Shown piece by piece: positions 1 through 5,608 of a stretch of 21,469 bases of DNA. Source of the DNA: Planctomycetota bacterium (lineage in GTDB: Bacteria > Planctomycetota > B15-G4 > JADJEK01); the NCBI GenBank assembly GCA_044225365.1, contig JBGAIQ010000079.1, forward strand, positions 1 through 21,469, read 5' to 3'. Position numbers and translations under genes: made by a program. Within the stretch, counting starts at the first letter, position 1, and every line of letters starts with the position of its first letter. The notes beneath the pieces were generated by a model that ran no database searches, was not told where the DNA came from, and was given only the letters and a program-made list of their open reading frames with translations.

Positions 1-1361
1 CTTCGCACGAGGACGCTCGCGTTCGCGATCGGGGCGCCCGTGGTCACATCGGTCACGAGACCCGCGACCGGACCGGCGCTCGGCAGTTCGACCGTGATGG
101 GAGTCGGCGAGTCCTTGGTTCCGAGGAAGCGCAATCCGCGGACGAGGGTCTCGAGGTGTCCCTCGGCGGCAACGAGCAGGTCGACGGGTTCCTCGGGTCC
201 GATCGCGAGCGCGGGCGGGCCGGCACGGATCACGAACGAATCCCAGTCAGGAGCGAAATCGATGCGATCCTTGTCGCTCGGATCGCTCACGCGAGCGCGC
301 CCGAGGCGGAGCGAGGTCGGAGTCAACGGCCGCTTCGTCACCGCTTCCACGATCGCGAGCGTCGCATAGCGCCGGGGCAGCGGCTCGAGATGGAGCTTCA
401 ACGGTGAGGTTCGGGATGTGGTCGGGAACGTCGTCAGCGACAGCGGCTCGGACTTGAAGCCTCGGGCTCCGATCGTGAGTTTCTCGGCGTCATCGACGTC
501 GAGGATGAATTCGGCGCGGAGCGCACCCGTCTCGTCGGGCCGGAGTTTCGGGGACCAGTAGAGCGTGCCCGCGTATTTGAGACGGAAATCGAAGTCCGGC
601 GGCTCAGCGAGCCATCGTTCCGGGTCTCCCGTCGAGATGTCGAGCGCGAGCCGTTTCCCCGCGCCGAGCTTCACGGTCGCGACGCCTTCGTCGGGCATTT
701 CGAACTCGACGACTTCACGATCGTTCGCGACCAACGCGAACGAGTGCTCGTCGGGATGGCGCCAGAACGAAAGTTCCCCGTTCGCGTCGGTGAATCCGAT
801 GCGGCTCGAGTCGTCGAGCGAGAACGTCCAGCGTCGACCCGTCCGCCCGACCTTCCACGACGGATCCCGCCACGGATAGTGCAGATGCCCGACGTACACG
901 TAATGCACGCCGACGCCGAGAGCCGGCGCGCCGTTCGCGTCGTGAACCCGGATCGTCGCATCGACTCCCGGCTCGAGCGGAAGGTCGCCGAGATCGATCA
1001 CGCCCTCCTCGGCGCGGCCATAGGCGAGACGGAAGAGCACGTCGGCGTGCGCATCCGCGGAAACGAAGAGGTCGCCCGCGATCGGTTTGCCGAGCGACAA
1101 GGGCGGCGATTCGAGAGTGCCGTCGGACTGGGATTCGAATTCGATGAACGGCGGGCGCGTGAGTTCGCCATGGCTCCGGACCCCCCGCGCGTCGACCTGC
1201 CCGGGTCGGAACACCGCTTTGCCGCCCTTCAGCGGTTTTCCATCGGCGTCGATCAATCGCGTTCGCAACCGAACGAGCGGCGCCGGATCCTGAAATGCCA
1301 TCGCGCTCGCGGGAAGCGATCCCGAGAGCGCGAGGACGAGGGCGATATCGCGACGATTCAC
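1..1361 (-). CDS. Exported protein with carboxypeptidase-regulatory-like (transthyretin/Ig-like) repeats; C-terminus runs off the window
   Basis: Absent from the ORF track because no stop lies in the window. GTG at 1361-1359 overlaps the upstream stop (GTGA). Manual translation: MNRRDIALVLALSGSLPASAMAFQDP (signal peptide), then repeats such as RLIDADGKPL, RVHDANGAP, TDANGE and GLVTDVTTGAPIANASVLV. Confidence 0.8.
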   Translation of the reverse strand, partial: MNRRDIALVLALSGSLPASAMAFQDPAPLVRLRTRLIDADGKPLKGGKAVFRPGQVDARGVRSHGELTRPPFIEFESQSDGTLESPPLSLGKPIAGDLFVSADAHADVLFRLAYGRAEEGVIDLGDLPLEPGVDATIRVHDANGAPALGVGVHYVYVGHLHYPWRDPSWKVGRTGRRWTFSLDDSSRIGFTDANGELSFWRHPDEHSFALVANDREVVEFEMPDEGVATVKLGAGKRLALDISTGDPERWLAEPPDFDFRLKYAGTLYWSPKLRPDETGALRAEFILDVDDAEKLTIGARGFKSEPLSLTTFPTTSRTSPLKLHLEPLPRRYATLAIVEAVTKRPLTPTSLRLGRARVSDPSDKDRIDFAPDWDSFVIRAGPPALAIGPEEPVDLLVAAEGHLETLVRGLRFLGTKDSPTPITVELPSAGPVAGLVTDVTTGAPIANASVLVR

Positions 1362-1804
1362 TTCGCGATGGGCGCGCGCGTGACCGACTTCTTTCCGAAG
1401 AATTTCGGGAGCTGCTCGTCGATCGTGCCCTTGCCGTATTCGACGTTGCCCGAGTCCGCAAAGCGGGTCGCGCTGCCATAGGGCGTGATGACGCCGATCA
1501 TCGCGAACGTCCTGTCCTCGACGAGCACGGTGCCCGCGGGATAGCGGCGCTTCGTTGTGTGGTCATACGCCGGAAGCGGCTCGTAGATGACGGTGTAGCC
1601 GACGAGGAGCGATCCGTCCTTCACTTCCTCGCACCGAGTGTTCGCCTCGCGGATCGGCTGCGAGTCCGGGATCGGAACGCCGTTGATGGCCTGGGGCGGC
1701 GGGTCCATCGCCGATGCCTTCGGGTTGTCGTAGCTCTGCATCTCGCAGGAAAGGGCGAGCGCGGAGACTGCGGCGAGCGCGAGGTAGTGAGCGGCGCGGA
1801 TCAT
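1358..1804 (-). CDS. Hypothetical lipoprotein, 148 aa
   Basis: ATG at 1804 with GAGGA upstream. MIRAAHYLALAAVSALALSC is a signal peptide ending in a lipobox Cys. The ORF-track start at 1969 lies inside the neighbouring gene. Confidence 0.75.
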   Translation of the reverse strand: MIRAAHYLALAAVSALALSCEMQSYDNPKASAMDPPPQAINGVPIPDSQPIREANTRCEEVKDGSLLVGYTVIYEPLPAYDHTTKRRYPAGTVLVEDRTFAMIGVITPYGSATRFADSGNVEYGKGTIDEQLPKFFGKKSVTRAPIAK

Positions 1805-1836
1805 CGTGCGGTCCTCGAGTCGAAACGAAGGGCGAG

Positions 1837-1842
1837 AGTGTA
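1837..1842 (-). promoter_or_regulatory. Candidate -10 element (TACACT) for the lipoprotein gene
   Basis: TAnnnT hexamer in a 44-bp intergenic gap within TA-poor DNA; no clear -35. Confidence 0.4.
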
Positions 1843-1848
1843 GCGCCG

Positions 1849-3510
1849 TCAATTGTGGAAGAACAGGTCGATACGACCGGTCTTCACGTTGGCGGTAGTG
1901 CCGATCATGCTCGCGACCGCAAGGTCGAGGAAACCGTCGCCATCGAGGTCTCCGAGTGCGCAGTCCCACGCGAAGTACTCGCCGCAGGTGTAGGTGGGAC
2001 TCTTCAGCGTATGGTCGGTGTGGAAGAACGGGCCATCGACCATGTACAGCAAGCCGGGTCCGATTCCCACGCAGTCGTTCACGTCCTGCTTCGCGCCGTA
2101 GTTGCCGAAAACGAGTTCGGGATATCCGTCGCCGTTCAAATCCCCGTGAACGACGTGAGGTCCGATCAGGCCGCCGCCGTTGATCTTGGGCACGACGTGC
2201 GAAGCGCTGAATCCGGGTCCCTCGAAGATCCGAACCGGATCGCCCGAGTTCGAAGTCACGACCAAGTCCGCGTCACCGTCGCCGTCGACGTCGGCCACGT
2301 CGAGCCCGGTTCCGAGCTGGGAGTTCTCGGCGGGGGCGGGCGCAAAGATCGTTTGCACGACTTGCAGGCTCGGCCCACGAAGCAGGTGCACCGCTCCGGC
2401 GTTCACCACTCCAGACGCCCCCGGACCATCGTAGAGTCGGCTCGACTCGACGATGTCGGTGATGCCGTCGTGATCGAAGTCCGCCGCCATGAGAACGGAA
2501 CCGAATTGATCGTCGGCCTTCGGCGTCGGATTCTGGATCGACTGAGTCGGCGCGAAGTTCGGCCCCGCGAACACATCGATCAAGCCCGCCGACCCGAGAA
2601 GGCCGACGTACGCTCGCGGACGTCCCGCGGCGATGGCGAGTGATCCGCTCGCAGCGAAGTCACCGACCGCGAGCCTGGATCCGTACTCGCCAGGGAGCCC
2701 TTGTTGCCAGCCGACGATCGTCGCGGCGGGAGTCGTCGCGGGCGACGTTCCGCCCTTGAAGACGTAGATTCGCGAGAGTTGATCGACGGTCGAGCTTCCT
2801 CCGGAGGCGACGACATCGGCTGCGCCATCGCCATCGACGTCCGCAACCTCGAACGGCAATCCGAAGTACGGCTCTGCCGTGGGCTGCGGCGAGTCGAGCA
2901 CGATCGTCTGGGAGAAGGTTGGGCCAAGAGCGACTTCGATGTGCACCGCGGGCGTCAGCTTCGACGACCAACGGTAGAAGACATCCATCGCACCGTCGCC
3001 GTTGAAGTCGCCGAGGCGAACCCCATCCATGAAGCCTTCGCTCTGGATCGCGCCGGAAAGATCGACGGGACCGAGCGACAACGAGGATGTCGTCGTGAAC
3101 GATGGATTCGCCACCGTCACCGTTGCAGCGCTCGTGAGAACGTTGTGACCGATGACCGCCTGGCCTGTCACGACGAGGCCGAGCGTCGTCGGGGTCGGCG
3201 CCGGCATCTGGACGTCGAACGAGGTGTTCACGCCAGGGAACCCCGGGGGAAACGGCGGCATCAGGAACGGAACCACGGGCAGCGGCACGTAGAACTTGCC
3301 GTATGGAGTCGAAAGCCCGGGAAGTTGCGGTGCTGCGCCGAGCAGCAGAATCGCCTGCTTGCCGGACGACGGCTGATCGGCCGTCACGAGAATCGTCAGC
3401 AATCCCGGCACCTGCGGCGATTCGTGGATCGTCAGTTCCGCCGCGGATGCGACGAACGCGGATCCCAACAGCGCCAATGCTGCACACGAGGAGCGAATGC
3501 GAAGCGACAT
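1849..3510 (-). CDS. Exported FG-GAP/VCBS repeat (integrin-alpha-like beta-propeller) protein, 553 aa
   Basis: ATG at 3510 with GGAGG RBS and signal peptide MSLRIRSSCAALALLGSAFVASA. Ca-binding repeats DFNGDGAMD, DVDGDGAAD, DFDHDGITD, DVDGDGDAD, DLNGDGYPE and DLDGDGFLD, plus FG motifs. Confidence 0.9.
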   Translation of the reverse strand: MSLRIRSSCAALALLGSAFVASAAELTIHESPQVPGLLTILVTADQPSSGKQAILLLGAAPQLPGLSTPYGKFYVPLPVVPFLMPPFPPGFPGVNTSFDVQMPAPTPTTLGLVVTGQAVIGHNVLTSAATVTVANPSFTTTSSLSLGPVDLSGAIQSEGFMDGVRLGDFNGDGAMDVFYRWSSKLTPAVHIEVALGPTFSQTIVLDSPQPTAEPYFGLPFEVADVDGDGAADVVASGGSSTVDQLSRIYVFKGGTSPATTPAATIVGWQQGLPGEYGSRLAVGDFAASGSLAIAAGRPRAYVGLLGSAGLIDVFAGPNFAPTQSIQNPTPKADDQFGSVLMAADFDHDGITDIVESSRLYDGPGASGVVNAGAVHLLRGPSLQVVQTIFAPAPAENSQLGTGLDVADVDGDGDADLVVTSNSGDPVRIFEGPGFSASHVVPKINGGGLIGPHVVHGDLNGDGYPELVFGNYGAKQDVNDCVGIGPGLLYMVDGPFFHTDHTLKSPTYTCGEYFAWDCALGDLDGDGFLDLAVASMIGTTANVKTGRIDLFFHN

Positions 3511-3582
3511 GATTCCTCCACCTTGATTCCACCCGTCCTGCGACTCGAAACGTCTGCGGACGGTCCATCGAAACTCGATGCG

Positions 3583-3588
3583 AGTATA
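3583..3588 (-). promoter_or_regulatory. Candidate -10 element (TATACT) for the FG-GAP gene
   Basis: 5/6 match to TATAAT in the rsmG/FG-GAP intergenic region. Confidence 0.5.
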
Positions 3589-3605
3589 ACCGATTCGTCG
3601 CCGAG

Positions 3606-4346
3606 TCACCCCAGGGGCTTGCGCTCGGGGATTCCGGCCGGGCGCGGATATGCGAGCTGCGTGCGCTTCACCTTGTCGACCTGGACGACACACGCCTTGC
3701 GCCCCGGGAAGAGTTCATCGAGCGGTTCGATCGAGGCTTCGCCGCCCAGCAGGCGGAGGGCCTGCTTCGCGCCGACGAGTTCGTCCTCGGCCTTCTCACC
3801 CTTCATCGCGAGGAAGACTCCTCCGACCTCCACGAGCGGCAGCGCGAGCTCGAGCAGGACGCTCATCCGAGCGACGGCGCGCGACACGACGAGCGGGTAA
3901 CGTTCGCGAGTGCTCGGATCGCGACCGAGATCCTCGGCGCGCTTGCTGAACACCTGGACGTTCTTGATCTCCAGCGATTCGACCGCGGACTTCAGGAAGT
4001 CGGCCTTCTTCAGCGTCGCTTCGACGAGCACGAAGCGGCGATTCGGCCGCGCGAGGGCGAGAGGAATCCCGGGGAAGCCGCCGCCCGATCCCAGATCGAG
4101 CACGGCGCCGGTGACACCCTGATCGTCGAGCGCGTCGACCCACGGCAAGAGGCTGAGGCTGTCGAAGACGTGGCGTTCCCAGACTTCGTCGAGATCCTTC
4201 GCCCGCACGAGGTTCATTCGCTCGTTCGTTTCGAGCAGGAGATCGACGAAGCGCGCCATGCGGTCGAGGATCGCAGCGCCTTCGCCGGTGGAATCGTCGA
4301 GGAAGTCCTTCGCGCGCGCTCGCACGGGGTCGGGGATCGGCGTCAT
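3606..4346 (-). CDS. rsmG: 16S rRNA (guanine(527)-N7)-methyltransferase RsmG
   Basis: Motifs NERMNL, RHVFDSL, SAM-binding LDLGSGGGFPGIPLA, RAED, VSRAVA, AMKG and C-terminal YPRPAGIPERKPL. Confidence 0.96.
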   Translation of the reverse strand: MTPIPDPVRARAKDFLDDSTGEGAAILDRMARFVDLLLETNERMNLVRAKDLDEVWERHVFDSLSLLPWVDALDDQGVTGAVLDLGSGGGFPGIPLALARPNRRFVLVEATLKKADFLKSAVESLEIKNVQVFSKRAEDLGRDPSTRERYPLVVSRAVARMSVLLELALPLVEVGGVFLAMKGEKAEDELVGAKQALRLLGGEASIEPLDELFPGRKACVVQVDKVKRTQLAYPRPAGIPERKPLG

Positions 4347-4355
4347 GTTCGGTTC

Positions 4356-5483
4356 TCAGCCATTCGAGTCCAGGAGGACGGCGTCGCTCACGGCATCCTC
4401 GTTCGAGGGCGATGGGATCGGCGGGGGTGGAGCGTTCTCGTCGATCTCGCCCATCGCGATCCTCGCGATGTGTTCGTGAGCGGCCTTGTCCGTTCGCGCG
4501 AGCAGATAGGCCAGGCCGCCGCCGACTTGCTCGGAGGTCGGCGGAGTGAAGCGCGTCTGCAGCAGCGGATGGGCGAAGTCGGGCGAGTGGTAGACGTCCT
4601 CCGGGAGCGGTCGGTACCGGCACAGGAAATCGAGGTGCCAGACGAGGAAGAAGCGCACGCGGGAGTTGCCGTGGTCGTCGTCCCCGAAGTGCTCGCGCGC
4701 GAGCGAAACGTAGCGTCGAAGCAGAGCGAGCCGTTCGTTGGCGTCGAGATGGATCGAGCGGCCCTCTTTGATCTCGCGGAAGATCCACGGCTTGATGAGC
4801 GCGCCGCGGGCGGTCATGAGGGCGTCGGCGCCGCTCTTCGTCCAGCGTTCGCGAGCTTCCCAATGCGTGAGCAGGTCGCCGTTGCCGATCACGGGGATCT
4901 TCACGGCTTGCTTCAGTTCGGCGATCCGGTCCCAGTCGGCGGCCTTGCTGTAGCGCTGCTCCTTCGTGCGGGCGTGCATCGCGATCGCATTCGCACCTTC
5001 GCTCTCCGCGATCCTTCCGATCTCGACGAAGTTCTTGTGCTTGTCGTCGATGCCGAGACGAATCTTCACCGTGACCGGGATCACAACGGCCTGACGCATG
5101 GCGCGCACGAGTTCGGCGAAGCGCTTCGGTCGATCGAGCAGGGACGCGCCGAGGCCGCGATTCGCGATGAGGTCGATCGGGCATCCGCAGTTCAGGTCGA
5201 CGAAATCGGAGCCCATCTCCTCGGCGATCGCCGCGGCCTGGCCGAGCGAATCCGGATTGCGATCGGCGAGCTGCGCGCCAAACGGATGATCGAGTGGATG
5301 AGTTCGCAAGAGCGCGAGTTCGCCGCGCTTCCTCGCGATCACGTTGTAGGCGAGCGCCATCTCGCCGACCGTGACATCGCAGCCGAGCTCGCGGCAGAGT
5401 CTTCGAAAAGGCACGTTGGAGCCCTTCGTCATCGGCGCGAGGACGAGCTTGCCGTGGAAGATCTGCGCTGCGGTCAGGGGCAT
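4356..5483 (-). CDS. tRNA-dihydrouridine synthase, Dus3-like
   Basis: Motifs LAPM, DLNCGCP (catalytic Cys), PVTVKIRLG, MHART, ADWD, IGNGD and ARGALIKPWIF. Start ATG 5483 is preferred because the Dus fold begins a few residues later and a -10 box lies 7 nt upstream. Ends 9 bp before rsmG. Confidence 0.93.
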   Translation of the reverse strand: MPLTAAQIFHGKLVLAPMTKGSNVPFRRLCRELGCDVTVGEMALAYNVIARKRGELALLRTHPLDHPFGAQLADRNPDSLGQAAAIAEEMGSDFVDLNCGCPIDLIANRGLGASLLDRPKRFAELVRAMRQAVVIPVTVKIRLGIDDKHKNFVEIGRIAESEGANAIAMHARTKEQRYSKAADWDRIAELKQAVKIPVIGNGDLLTHWEARERWTKSGADALMTARGALIKPWIFREIKEGRSIHLDANERLALLRRYVSLAREHFGDDDHGNSRVRFFLVWHLDFLCRYRPLPEDVYHSPDFAHPLLQTRFTPPTSEQVGGGLAYLLARTDKAAHEHIARIAMGEIDENAPPPPIPSPSNEDAVSDAVLLDSNG

Positions 5484-5490
5484 GTCCCTG

Positions 5491-5499
5491 ACGTTATCA
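5491..5499 (-). promoter_or_regulatory. Extended -10 promoter (TGaTAACGT), probably giving a leaderless dus-rsmG transcript
   Basis: Minus strand reads GGG-TG-A-TAACGT-CAGGGAC-ATG, with no good SD. Confidence 0.55.
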
Positions 5500-5551
5500 C
5501 CCCGTTCTCGAACTGCGCAGGCATTCACTCATCAGAGAGGGACAACGCGAA

Positions 5552-5585
5552 GCGGGAGCGTGCGATCGATTCGCGACGCTCCCGC
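5552..5585 (-). terminator. Probable intrinsic terminator after the 743-aa gene
   Basis: Perfect 10-bp arms GCGGGAGCGT/ACGCTCCCGC plus an inner GCGA/TCGC pair, 23 bp past the stop at 5609. Followed on the minus strand by the weak U-tract TTCGCGTTGT. Confidence 0.65.
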
Positions 5586-5608
5586 AATTCCCGGTCGCCG
5601 GCCGATCG

